Assembly (NCBI RefSeq): GCF_006345805.1
Contig: NC_043004.1
Coordinates: forward strand, 2,170,001-2,234,000
Source of the DNA: Octopus sinensis
Lineage: Eukaryota
Length of the DNA stretch: 64,000 bases
Direction: 5' to 3'
Positions 38,513 through 50,821 of this stretch are shown here, in pieces. Every line of letters starts with the position of its first letter. Within the stretch, counting starts at the first letter, position 1. Position numbers and translations under genes: made by a program. The notes beneath the pieces are model-generated. The model ran no database searches and was not told the DNA's origin. It worked only from the letters and a program-made list of their open reading frames with translations.

Positions 38513-39693
38513 TACATGGTGTGGTGAATAAACTGTTGTCTAAATTACGCAAAAATAAAAATACTACTGACATCTCATTGTAACTGATATATTTACCAAA
38601 ATTGCATAAAAATATCTTGAAATTTATTAAATAAAATGACCATCGTCTTCAACCATGGCCTCCAGACAACTTTGGAATCTCCTGCAACTCTACTGTACAG
38701 TCTCCTTGTTTAAGTTGGTGAATGCTGCCATAATCCTTGCCTTTAGTCAATCTTTGGTGTTACAAAAGTTTTGTTGGTCTCTCGCCCAACTGCACCCCAC
38801 ACATAATAATCAAGGTGGTTACAGTCTGGGGTGTTAAGTGGCCAGATGTTAGAGGTGATGCGATCGCAGGAATTGTCTGACAGCCATGATTGAATACTCC
38901 TGTTTGTGTGGCATGGTGCAGAGTCCTGTTGCCAGACATAGGGTCTTCAAGCAGCCACCCTCTTGACCCAGGGTAGCACAACCTCATCAAGGCACTTTAT
39001 GTAGGCTTCAGTTTTGAGTCCGAGGGAAGAGGAATGGAGGCGTACCGCTGCCATCACTAGTGATCACTCCAAACACCATGATGTTGACTGGATGTTTGAT
39101 TTTTATCACAATCGGTACATGATTTGGGGACACGGCAAGCCAACGGTTGTTCTGTGTGTTCACCATCTGATCCTGGCAGAAATTTTTCTCGTCTGAGAAA
39201 ACCAAAGCATGTTCGGTAGGAGTGGGGTGCTTGAGTTTGTTCAAAAGCTTTGAAGTCCCCTCTTTTCCTTGATGGCTTGGCATAAAAAGTGACCCTTTTT
39301 TTATCTTGTATGACGAATACCGAATGTCTTCATGCCCGATAAGAAACTCAGACACTCCCATGTCCCTGGCGATGGGCCTGATTGACTTGGAGGGATCGTT
39401 GTCAATCCTGGCCTGGATCACATCAACAAATTCAGGAGTTCTTTTCCTATCAGAACGATCGAGTGTACTTTCTGAGTAGCCGTTCCTTCGTAATCACTAT
39501 TAGACTTATTCAACTCATTCTAAATCCTCTGCACTGTCCTCACATTAACACTCAAACACTCTGAAATGGAGCTTCTGGTAACGAATGCCAAGCAGTACAA
39601 CATGCCGTTTCAAATTTCTGGCAGAGTGAATTGCGTCATGGTGCTGTATTTTTTCTCACAGACGGCACTCAACTAGCCTTACAATACTCTGTA
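38513..39693 (-). mobile_element. DD37D (maT-type) Tc1/mariner element with pseudogenised transposase
   Basis: FSDEKNF..QNNRWL..KHPVNIMVFGVITSDG, then YVWQQDSAPCHT...WPLNTPDCNHLDYYVWG with 37 residues between the 2nd and 3rd Asp. Contains frameshifts and stops. Degenerate TA|CA..GT termini. Confidence 0.9.
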
Positions 39694-40003
39694 GATGACA
39701 CAATCGAAAACAAACAATATACACACACGAGGTGGGGGTAAGAGTTCTCAGACGTGTGATGAAAGCTTTCGGGACAATGAACATGAGTAAACATAAGAAC
39801 AATAATAAACGAATGAAGAACGAATATGCAGTGCGTGTGTTTATTTGGCAAAAAGCATGACCGTCCCGAAATGCAACAATATGTATATATGCATACAATA
39901 TTAGATATGTACATATATACACAAAGGAAATACATGAGCACCAACATCGATATACATACAAAACACACACACACACACGTGTGTGTGTCCGTATGTATGT
40001 GCA

Positions 40004-40038
<35 letters not shown>

Positions 40039-40227
40039 TATATGTTTTGGCGCGCGCGTGTGTGCACGAAGGTTCGAACTCTGTGAATATAAATGAAGCA
40101 CGCACACCACATGACACTAAGTATAAAATTTATTTAAACGAAACTATACTACTTTCGTCGGATGTGAATCTTAAAATTTTACAGTGTGTGTAAATACACA
40201 CACACTCACATGAATACATATTCATGC

Positions 40228-40266
<39 letters not shown>

Positions 40267-40269
<3 letters not shown>

Positions 40270-40698
40270 GTATATGTAGATATACGTACATAGACATACA
40301 TATATATATGTGTATATGTATGTACAGATATATACATATATATATGATGTATACATACACAGGCATACATATATGCGCATGTCTATATACATATATACAT
40401 ATACAAATATATATATATGCTGATATATGTGTGTGTATGAATGTACTTATTTTTTGTATGTATGTATTAATACTATATATATATATATATAATATACGTA
40501 TATGTAGATATACGTACATAGACATACATATATATATGTGTATATGTATGTACAGATATATACATATATATATGATGTATACATACACAGGCATACATAT
40601 ATGCGCATGTCTATATACATATATACATATACAAATATATATATATGCTGATATATGTGTGTGTATGAATGTACTTATTTTTTGTATGTATGTATTAA

Positions 40699-40722
<24 letters not shown>
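40267..40722. repeat. Tandem duplication, period about 228 bp, of low-complexity AT/CA sequence
   Basis: Units start with tacgtatatgtagatatacg at 40267 and 40495 and are near-identical. Confidence 0.9.
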
Positions 40723-40733
<11 letters not shown>

Positions 40734-41707
40734 TACATACATGCATACATACACACACATATATCTACAGCTACGTCTACTTTTACATATATGCATAAAC
40801 ACAAACTTATTGTTTGCGCGTTTGTGAGTGTACAAGTATATATATATATATATATATATACACGCATATCACATCACAAGATTGGAAGATAACCACATTT
40901 AGTTACGTCTACATATACTTATTATAGTCAACTATATAGTGAATGTGTACAGACATACACTATATATAATGTTGAAACACGTGTCTCCTTCATATTGTCT
41001 ATCTCTATCCACTACCTTCACCTCCCCACTATCACCCCACCCTGTAGCTATCAACACTGCATCTTATCTAATTTTCTATTCATTTTAGAAAATATCCAAC
41101 ATAATCCTTCTTTTCTCTCTTTCAATGCGTTGCCTGACTTCATAGGGAAGCCAGCCTGCAAGTGTACGCCCGTGCGCCATATACATCGATGCAGAGAAGC
41201 CTAGAAACACATATATGTTCACATATATATGCGAGCAGCGTAAAAATATACACACAACTTGGTTTAAGTAATATATATGTATGCACGTATGTATATACGT
41301 ATGTATGTATATATATGCATGTGCGCATGTATATACGTATTCATCCATACATGTATCTATATGTATGTATGTGTGTATGTACGTATGTATATTTATAGAT
41401 ACACATACATACATATATATATTTATATATAGATTTGTATGTATCTATGTATGTGTGTATGTGCGTGCGTGCGTGTCTGTCGCGTATTTGTACATGTATG
41501 TAAAGAAAAACATAAAAATGTAAACACATACGCGCCTGCACGCGCACATGCATACATAGATGCATGCACACACGCACACTCACACACACACACCACACAC
41601 ACACACACACAAACGCTCACACGCACATTCACATATGAGTAGATATCATCCCTCTCTAATTTTTCTCTATATATAACTAGAGTGCATGCATATATACATA
41701 CATATGC

Positions 41708-41738
<31 letters not shown>

Positions 41739-41917
41739 AATATAGATTGATAGAAATACAGACATATATATATCTATATATATATAACCATAGAGTATGA
41801 ATATAAATATGTATATGTATGTATATACATAATTATTTATCTGTATATTCATCTATCCGTCTATCTATCTCTATATCTGTCTGTCTATGAACCTTTCACT
41901 CTCTCTCTCAATATATA

Positions 41918-41973
<56 letters not shown>

Positions 41974-42008
41974 ATATACATATATATATATACACGTATA
42001 TATATATG

Positions 42009-42047
<39 letters not shown>

Positions 42048-42166
42048 TATACATACATATATATGTATGCATATCTATCTGTGCTTGTATATATATGTAT
42101 GTACATATTTATTAACCGTGATGCTCTCCATTTCATCCTTCTCTTTCTCTTAAACTTGTTGATATT

Positions 42167-42227
<61 letters not shown>

Positions 42228-42599
42228 AAGTAGTAGTAGCAGCAGCAACAGCAGTAGTAGTAGTTGATGATGATGCTCATGATGCCGATGTCAATGCTGG
42301 TTTCTTTCCTTTTGTTATTCTCATCTTGTTTGTCATGCTCTTGTTTGATTTTGTCATTGTTCCTCATTTTGCCGATATAATCACTGTTGTTGGTGTTGTT
42401 ATTAAAGTTGCTGGTTATATTTTTGATGTTGATGTTGCAGTTTTTGAGATGATTTCCTCTTATGTATGTTGTTATTTCCCTTATTTGATTTTTACTTCAA
42501 TTTTGTTATCGTTATTCATGTTGTTATTACTGTTTTTATCCCCACCTCAATATGAAATGCTGTTATTACAGTCATACCAACTGCAGCAGTAGCAGCCGC

Positions 42600-42638
<39 letters not shown>

Positions 42639-43248
42639 TGTTGTTGTTGTAGTAGTAGTAGTAGTAGTAGTAGCTTGCTTTGTTGTTGTAAATATTGTTG
42701 TTGTAATTTGCCGCACCCACTCTTGACACCATTGCTGTACCGTTGTTGTTTGTGTTGTTGCTGATGTCATCGATGTTGTTTTTTTTTGTCGTAGTGTTGT
42801 TCTATCGTTGTTATTGCCGATCTTGTTGTTGTTATTGTTGAAGCTGTTGTTAGTATTTTCTGTGTGTTGCTGTTGTTGTTGTTGTTGTTGTTGTTATGAC
42901 TGCCTATTCATCGTTGTTGCTGTTTGGTGGTTAATCCCGTGTAACTGTTGTTTGTACCTTCGTTTGGGCGCGTGCGTATGTATATCTGCTTATAACTGTG
43001 CATATCCGTTTGAGTGTGTGTTCGTGTGTGTGTGTGTGTGTGTGTGTGCGTGCTTGTGCGTTAGTGTATGCTTGAGATAATGTTTAATATGGATTTTTTT
43101 TTGTTTTTGTGTCTGTGTTACTGTGCGTTCGTGTTCCTGTCCGTGCGTTTGTATTTGCCAGTGTATGTGTGTTTGTCTCTATATGAATGTGTGCCTTTGT
43201 GAGTGTTTGCGTGAGTTTGAGGCTAGTGTGTCTGTAGCTGATTGCGTA

Positions 43249-43281
<33 letters not shown>

Positions 43282-43689
43282 CACCATCCAGTTGTATGTA
43301 AATATATTTATTTGTTCATGTGTGTGTGTGCGTGTGTGTGTATCCGCGTGTGTTTACTATTGTCTTTTAATGTGTGTTATGTTTGTGTACGCTTGTGTAT
43401 ATGTGTGAGTGACGTGTGTTTATGTATTTGCGCGAATGTGTAAGCGCCTGCGCCCCTATGTGCGTGTGTGCGTGTGCGTTTGTGTTTGTGCGAGCGAGTG
43501 CAAGTATATGTAATGAGAGGGAGCTGGGGAATGGTGGGTTCCAGCCCTGTGCTTGTCAACCATTGGTCCAGCTTATTGGGCCACTTAATTTGCTCTATCT
43601 GCCGACTCAACTAATCGAATGATCTTTACAGAAACTTCTTCAACTGTCATAAGGATTTGCCTTCAGCTTCTACAAAATGATGGCTGACG

Positions 43690-45215
43690 TTGGCGGAGGT
43701 GGTGGTGGTGGTGGTGGTGGTGGTGGTGGTGGTGGTGGTGGTGGTGGTGATGGTGGTGGTGGTGGTGGTGGTGGTGGTAGTGGTGGTGGTGGTGTGGTGG
43801 GTGGTGGTGTGGTGTGGTGGTGATGGTGGTGGTGGTGGTGGTGGTGGTGTGATGGTGGTGGTATTGGTGGTGGTGGTGGTGGTGGTGGTGGTGGTAGTGG
43901 TGGTTGGTGGTGGTGGTGGGTGGTGGTGGTGGTGGATGGTGGTGGTGGTAGTGGTGGTTGTGGTGGTGGTGGTGGTGGTGGTGGTGGTGGTAGTGGTGGT
44001 GGTGGTGGTGGTGGTGGTGGTGGTGGTGATGGTGGTGGTATTGGTGGCGGTGTTGTTGGTGGTGGTGGGGTGGGGGTGATTGTAGCGTTGCTTCTCGTGG
44101 CGATGACGACGTTGGTGTTGATGACAGTGATGGTCGCTGTGCTGATTGTGTTGTACCGGTGGTAGTGGTGGTGTTGGTGTTGGTGGTGGGTGATTGTAGC
44201 GCTGCTTCCTGTGGCGATGACGACGTTGGTGGTGATGTAAGTGACGGTCACAGTGCTGTAGCGGTGGTGGTGGCGGTGGTGGTAGTGGTGGGTGTTGGAG
44301 GTTGTCCTGGTGATAGTGGAGGTGGTAGATGTAATGGTGAAGGCGGCGGCTGTGGTGGTAGTGGTGTCAGGGATGGTGGTGGTGGTAGTGATGCTAGGGA
44401 AGCTGTGGATGTGGTGGTTGCGGTGAATCTGATCGTGGTGGTGGTGGTGGTGGTGTTGGTAGTAGTAGTAGTAGTCGTTGCGGTATAGACTTCGCTGATG
44501 ATGATGTTCGTTTTGGTTGTGTGGATGGTGGTGGTGGTGGTTTTTCTGAGTGTGGGTGATATGAGTACGGTTGTGATAGTATTGGTGGTAGTGTTAGTGG
44601 TATTGAGGCTGATTTTACCAGTGGAGGCAGTTGTGAATGGAATGGTACTGGTGATGGTGGAGGTGGTGGTGATGGTGGTGGTGGTGGTGATAAAGAGGAT
44701 AATGATGACCATGATTATGATGGCAGCCGCAGCAGCAGCAACAGCAGTAGCAGCAGCAATGGGACATGACGTTGCTGTTGCCACTGTTGTAGTTGGTGGT
44801 GGTAATAGAAAGCAGTTGTAGTAATGTAGGGGTGGTGGTGGTGGTGGTGGTGGTGGCTGTGGTGTTGAATACGGTGGTAGTAGTAATGACACTGATAATA
44901 GTTGTGGTGATGGTGGTGGTGGTGGTGGGTGTAGTTGTGTTTGTAGTGGTGGTGGTTGTTGTGGTTGTTGTTGTTGTGGTTGTGGTGATAGATGTTGTTG
45001 CTGTTGTGGCGACGGCTGTTGTTGTTGTTGTTGTTGTGGTAGTGGTGGTGGCGGTGGTGCTGGTGATAGTTGTGGTTGTTGTTGTGGTAGCAGATGATGT
45101 TGTTGTTGCTGTTGTTGTGGTGGCGGCTGTTGTTGTTGCTGTGGTGGTGGTGTGGTGGTGGTGGTGGTAGTGGTGGTGGTGGTGGTGGTAGTGGTGGTGG
45201 TGGTGGTGGTAGTGG
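43690..45215. repeat. About 1.5 kb degenerate (GGT)n/(GTT)n/(GAT)n trinucleotide array
   Basis: Direct inspection. Explains the poly-V/G/P/T/H/Q ORFs in the track. Confidence 0.95.
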
Positions 45216-46471
45216 CAAGATGGCTGCAAATTCTTCGTCTGCCAACCACATCTGCTTCATGCTGTGTTTCACTGCCTGCTGTTTCTTTTCATATTTTTAT
45301 TTTATTTTTGTGTAGTTTTCTTCTTTCTGCCTTTCACTCTTCTCCACCTACCCGCTATCTGTCTCTCTCTCCCTCTCTCCCCCTCCACCTACTCCTCTCT
45401 CTTGCTCCTCTACCTCTCTCTCTCTCTCCCTTTCACCAACCAACCAACCACTCTCCTTCTTCCCTTCATCTCCATTTCCTCAGTTTCCTTTCCCCTCTTC
45501 AACCATTTACTATTAACACAACAACGCCAGCCAACGAGAGAGCCTCTACGTGATTGCTTCGCTGGCTAGAAGTAGCAGTCACACTTCCTCAAATTGCATT
45601 CCAGTGTCTTACCAAAACACACTTTGGATTATGTGCTCCCTACACACAGGAGAGAAACGGGATGGTCACAGTTACAATAACTTTGATAATGGGAATCCTC
45701 GATCAAGTCTGACCTAGACATGAACATCAACAACGGCAACGAACCAACCTTTATCGGGTCACTAAACCAGAAAATTCATCCAAACTACTCCTTATCGCTT
45801 CATAATTTTGGATATAAAAAAACATATGGAATTATCACGGCTGAAATTTCTTTGATCCGTTCTTTGAAAAGACAACGAGACAGAAGGGAACATTCACACA
45901 GTTACTCCAGGTGCTAGTAATCGTAGCCAAAATACCCTGAATCACATCCTGCTTTCTTGACAAAAGACATATTGGATAATGTAGTCGTAGGTTATGTCTG
46001 AAAAGTGGAATGCTCATGGTTGGATTGTCTTTGACCTTCTTCCTGCTTTCCTAGAACTGTCTTGAGGTTAAACTGCAGAAACAAAAACCAATTTAACAAA
46101 AGAACAACAACCACAACAACATCAATAATATCTTGCTATCTTATTTTGTCAACGACTCAACCATTATCGGTTGTTCTCCATCACTTGCACTGTCAACAAA
46201 CCAATGAGAAATCTTCTACAGTAGGCTAGGTAGAACCGCTTTCCAAAAGCGAGGCGCATGAAACGTGTACTTGTATATGTAGCGGCATTCTTCCGGGCAG
46301 GGTTGGGTCAGCTTTGACCAATGAATTCACCAGATCCCTCATGAATGCTGACCCAACGTTCAAGCAGGCTGAATAGTGCTTCTGCCTGTCGCCCAAAAGT
46401 CTAGCTTGCAAATTTGACAAATGCCCCAATGGAGAAGAAACTCGTCGGATAGCACGGGTGGAGTAGCCGCA

Positions 46472-46625
46472 GTCGTCATTTGTTGCTGAGGTGCAGAGTC
46501 GTCATTCGTTGTCGAGGTGTAGAGTCGTCATTCGTTGTCGAGGTGTAGAGTCGTCATTCGTTGTTAAGGTGTAGAGTCGTCATTCGTTGTTGAGGTGCAG
46601 AGTTGTCATTCGTTGTTGAGGTGCA
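46472..46625. repeat. 26-bp minisatellite, about 6 head-to-tail units
   Basis: Consensus gtcgtcattcgttgtcgaggtgtaga. Units start at 46472, 46498, 46524, 46550, 46576 and 46602. Confidence 0.95.
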
Positions 46626-47254
46626 TGTTGTTAAGGTATCGAGTTAATTAGGAAATCATGTTCACGTGTGGTCCCCGGTCACATGCATACACACTTTAGG
46701 ATAGCGTGATCTGGAGCGGCTCATCTTGCCGTTGGTTGCCAACTGTGGCAGAGGATTCACTGACCAAGTCAGCACCGGTTATCAGAGCAGACGTAGTTGG
46801 ATTTGAAGCGGGTGGCCCACATGCTAGTTAACCCATAACTAGGACTCAAGAAAGTGATACTACCCTAGGTCAGAGTATACCGGGGAACAGTAGTGGCTAA
46901 GAGGTTCTTCCACACTCTTCAAAACCTTGGAATTCCCATTCCAAGGCTCCACAAACAGACGCAGTTTCAGTCATCATTAGGTGTGCCACCCTGCTAAAAA
47001 TAGTCAAGGTAATTTTTCGTCTGACGTGCTGTTCTGAAAGTGCTGCGGGCCTCATGTTGCCCATGATCGATCTACTGTGTAGCTCGGTTTCCTAGAAATA
47101 GCAACTAAAACTTCTCAGAATACACATCGCCCCAGGGACAAAGTAATAATGCGTCCCTGTGTAGAGTATACGAAGTAAAAGAGAAGACAGTAATCGCTTG
47201 AATGCCTTTGATCGTAGGGCTGGTTGATCAGATCCCACCTTGGGCTAAATACCG

Positions 47255-47382
47255 ATGACAACAAGGTCAACAACAAACCAATATACGTTATTTACATTAT
47301 TTACATTTGACGGATATTTGGCGTAGTGGTTAAGAGCGCGGACTACTAACCCCAAGATTCCGAATTCGATTCCAGGCAGTGA

Positions 47383-47448
<66 letters not shown>

Positions 47449-47650
47449 GAAGAAGAAGAAGAAGAAGAAGAAGAGCAACAACAACAACATACCTTAGGAA
47501 TGAGAACCCAGGTTCAAAATTTCACCAAGACACCTGATGAAGACTGGAGGGTATATCAGCCGAAACGTTGTGTTAACAACAAACAAGATGAGGACAAATA
47601 TCTGTTAAATGTAAATAATGTGAATAATGTAAATAATGTGCATAATTCCT
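47255..47650 (+). mobile_element. Composite PLE-type repeat: inverted tail, tRNA-like A/B-box cassette, (AAT)n/(GAA)n, hammerhead-bearing tail
   Basis: A box TGGCGTAGTGG 47319-47329, B-box-like GAATTCGATTCC 47362-47373, HHR 47529-47574. 47290-47318 is the reverse complement of the tail end (aaatatccgtcaaatgtaaataatgt). Confidence 0.7.
47529..47574 (+). ncRNA. Minimal hammerhead ribozyme motif
   Basis: GACAC-CTGATGA-A-GACTG/GAGGGTATAT/CAGCC-GAAAC-GT-T-GTGTT. Stem I gacac/gtgtt, one A-C mismatch in stem II, loopless ACGU stem III. Confidence 0.7.
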
Positions 47651-48109
47651 CATCTCTTAAATGTACAACTGTATTAACAAACCAGTATGTTCCTCAAAAT
47701 AATTAATCATTCCCATCACTACCATCACCTTTACAGCCATCACTGATCAGCAACAACATAACTACCTACGCCCAAACCATCACCCCCAACAACTGCCATC
47801 TCCACTACATAAAGATGTTTTGCAGTATTTATTGACGTTGTTACCGTTTAGTGTTCAAATAACGCTGAGCATCTTTAACAGCACCGCCTTTTTCTAGAGT
47901 GACCTTAGTGTGGTCCATTCTGTTGCAAGTGTTCGAGTCGAGTTTCAGTTTGAGAATATTTAACCTTCCCCCACTCGCCACCTTTCCACTGGTTTTGTAG
48001 TCCCAGCAAAAGGTCATGGGCAGTGCCTTTCCCTTCCTCCTAAATAAACTGCTTAAGAACACCTGTCATTTCTCTTATTAGAACCACTTTAATTAGGACC
48101 ATCTGAAAC

Positions 48110-48465
48110 CAGCGTTTCTCAAACTATTTTTAATGCAACCCACAGCAAGAACCACATTTTGCATTGCGACCCATGCCTTAGACAAAACCTTGAAGTTATT
48201 TTGACTGCGATAACATCCCATTTGTATATGTATAATAAATTCCTAATTATATGTATTATTATATTTTAATTGGTGAAGCCTGCCTCGCCATGAGAGAAGT
48301 CGGTAAAACTAGCGATGGTTTATGATTGCCGTGCAACATTTAGATGAGTTTATCTCCTGCACTTTGCACTCACTTGCGGTTTTTCCTTTCCTCCTTTTTT
48401 GTCGCGGCCCACTTTATTTATCTCGCGAACCACTGAAGGGTCAGGACCCACAGTTTGAAAAACTG
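48110..48465. mobile_element. hAT-like MITE
   Basis: TIRs cagcgtttctcaaact / agtttgaaaaactg. Degenerate 8-bp flanks tctgaaac/ccctaaac. Confidence 0.5.
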
Positions 48466-49416
48466 CCCTAAACACCATCATAACCATTACCATTAGCTTG
48501 CTACTGTTAAAGCCACCACAGCCATCACCGCCAAAAGAGATATCATTATTACAAACACCCCACCACACCACCACCACACCACCACCATCAGCATCACACA
48601 CATCAGTAGGAGCAGTAACAGCGGCAGCAACAACAGCAACAACATCAGCAACAACGATAAGAAAAACAGCAGGGACATTAAATACAGTGTCAATATGATC
48701 ATCACAAACAGTAACGGCAGCAGCATGACAACGGTAATGGCGGCAGCAGCAATTTCAACACTTTCAGCAGCACAAACAGTAGTGAACTCAGCAGCAGCGT
48801 CGGCAACTAGCAGCAGCAACATCAGGAATAGAAAGAGCAGCAATGTTAGTGTCTGCGACAACATCAGTAACAACTGCAGCTTTAGGAATAAACTGCAGAA
48901 GCAGCAAAAGTCACAGCCCCTCAGCAATTTTACTACCAAGCGTTATCTCAACATATTATGTAAAAGCGGCGGCAGCAGCGGCAGCAGCAGCAGCACCACC
49001 ACCACCACCACTACAATCATTGCCGCCACCAACACCACCAACACCACAGACACCATCATCACTACTACTACCACCACCAACACCAGCACAGACGCCAACA
49101 GCAACATCATTGTATATAAGGTCAAAGGACTTGCAAATTATAATAACTCTTTTTCTCGTTTATTTGTTTTAGCCATTTGATTGCGGCCATGGTGGAGCAC
49201 CGCCTTTAGTCGAACAAATCGAATCCAGGAATTATCTTTTTGTAAGCCTAGTATTTATTCTATTGCCGAGCTGCCAAATTTACGGTTGTCAAGCTATGGT
49301 GGGGACAAACACAGACTCACAAACACGCACACACACACATACACACACACACACACACACGCACACACACATGCACACACACACACACACACACACACAC
49401 AGATATATATAGATAT

Positions 49417-49700
49417 GCCATTTACTGCATATCCTGCTCCTTCTATCTTTCTCTGTATATTGGTCAAACGGGACGCCGCTTGTCTGACCGGTTTGCGGAG
49501 CACCTCCGAAACATTAGACTCCGTAATGACACTCCGGTCTCGCGCCATTTCCACTCTACCGGTCATTCATTCAACACCTGTCTGTGTTCGGATTGTGTCT
49601 GCACAGGGGCCATCGGAACTCTCGCCTTCGCCGTGAGCTAGAAATCATCTTCTCTCTTTGCTCCTTTGCGCCATAAGGGCTCAACTCGCTTTCCCGCTTT
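49417..49700 (+). pseudogene. Penelope-like element GIY-YIG endonuclease fragment
   Basis: AIYCISCSFYLSLYIGQTGRRLSDRFAEHLRNIRLRNDTPVSRHFHSTGHS, frameshift, QHLSVFGLCLHRGHRNSRLRRELEIIFSLCSFAP*GLN. Followed by a pyrimidine-rich 3' region. Confidence 0.85.
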
Positions 49701-50485
49701 ATCTCACTCCCCTTCTCTCCTCTCATCTCTTCATCTGACACCTACTTCCTCTTTTCACTCCTACCCACCTTCTTCCTTTCATCGAAAACCCTATCCACCT
49801 GCATATCCACACCCACACATCCCACTCCCGCATACCAACACCCTACCTCCACATCTTCACCCAAACCCACACCCCATCCACCCATCCATATACTCCAACA
49901 CCGCAAGACCACATCACACCCTCCCAACACTAGAACTTCCCAGCTCCCACACCATCATCCACACACCCAAACATTACAGATGCACACACTTACACACGCG
50001 CACATCCAGGAATACCTATTGTCCTAATCTGCTCAATCAGAGTTGACTTGAGGTTATTCATTATCATGCTATTAACGTGGCTGGAACATCTCTGGTGGTC
50101 AGTCCTCAGGACTGGACAGTTCTGTTCTTCTGGTTGGGACACCAAACCAGCAATTTTAAAGAAAGGTGATTCTTCGATTCCATCGACTCCAGTATTTGTC
50201 TGGTATTTCATTTTATCGACCCCAGTAGGATGGAAGGCAGGATTAGGAATAGCCTAAACATCACCATAACCATTGCCACCACAAAAGAGATATGACTGTT
50301 ACAAACACAACCACCACCACAACCAGCATCTCTGTTATCATCATACACACCAGCAGGGGCAGTAATAGCGGCAGCAACAGCAGGGTTTGAACTCAGAATT
50401 TAAAGAACCGGAACAAATACCGCAAAGCATTTTTTTCATTGCCCTAATGATTCCGCCATCTCGCCAAATACATCTGATTCTACAT

Positions 50486-50821
50486 CAGTGGTTCGCAACC
50501 ATTTTCTGCCTATGGGCTCCTTTGATTACAATTTTATTCTGGTGGACCCTCCCATCCCCATAGCTATTTGTTGTTTAAAAATGAGTTTTATAGATACTTC
50601 TTTCAAAATTCCTATTTTGCTTTTCGTCCATTTATTTGTGTAGGTTTCGAACGCAGAACTCTCTCGGAGAACATGTTTCAGTGACCAGAAATCTTCCGGT
50701 TTATTCTAATAAATACAACTAAAACAATCCTTTTTCATGGATCTTGAAAATGCCAATGAGAATCCCCAATTTACTATTTTGAGCCCTGAAAATTTTATAT
50801 CGATCTGGTTGGGAACCATTG
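50486..50821. mobile_element. hAT (Charlie-like) MITE with 8-bp TSD
   Basis: TIRs cagtggttcgcaacca / tggttgggaaccattg. TSD ttctacat (50478-50485) / ctctacat (50822-50829). Confidence 0.8.

Noticed and set aside
44248-45249. 333-aa P/Q/T-rich ORF (longest in the track)
   Set aside because: It is the antisense reading of the (GGT)n array, with no complex domain or credible gene structure.
45720-45917. LINE endonuclease-like NNGNEPTF motif
   Set aside because: Flanking catalytic motifs (GDFN, SDH) were not found, so the evidence is insufficient.
46472-46625. CRISPR-like array
   Set aside because: Units are contiguous with no unique spacers, the context is eukaryotic and there are no cas genes.
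46777-46788. LTR-retrotransposon PBS-like ggttatcagagc
   Set aside because: Imperfect match with no LTR pair or gag/pol evidence.
47319-47388. Functional tRNA gene
   Set aside because: No complete acceptor stem, an altered B box and an atypical ACT anticodon. It is part of a repeat.
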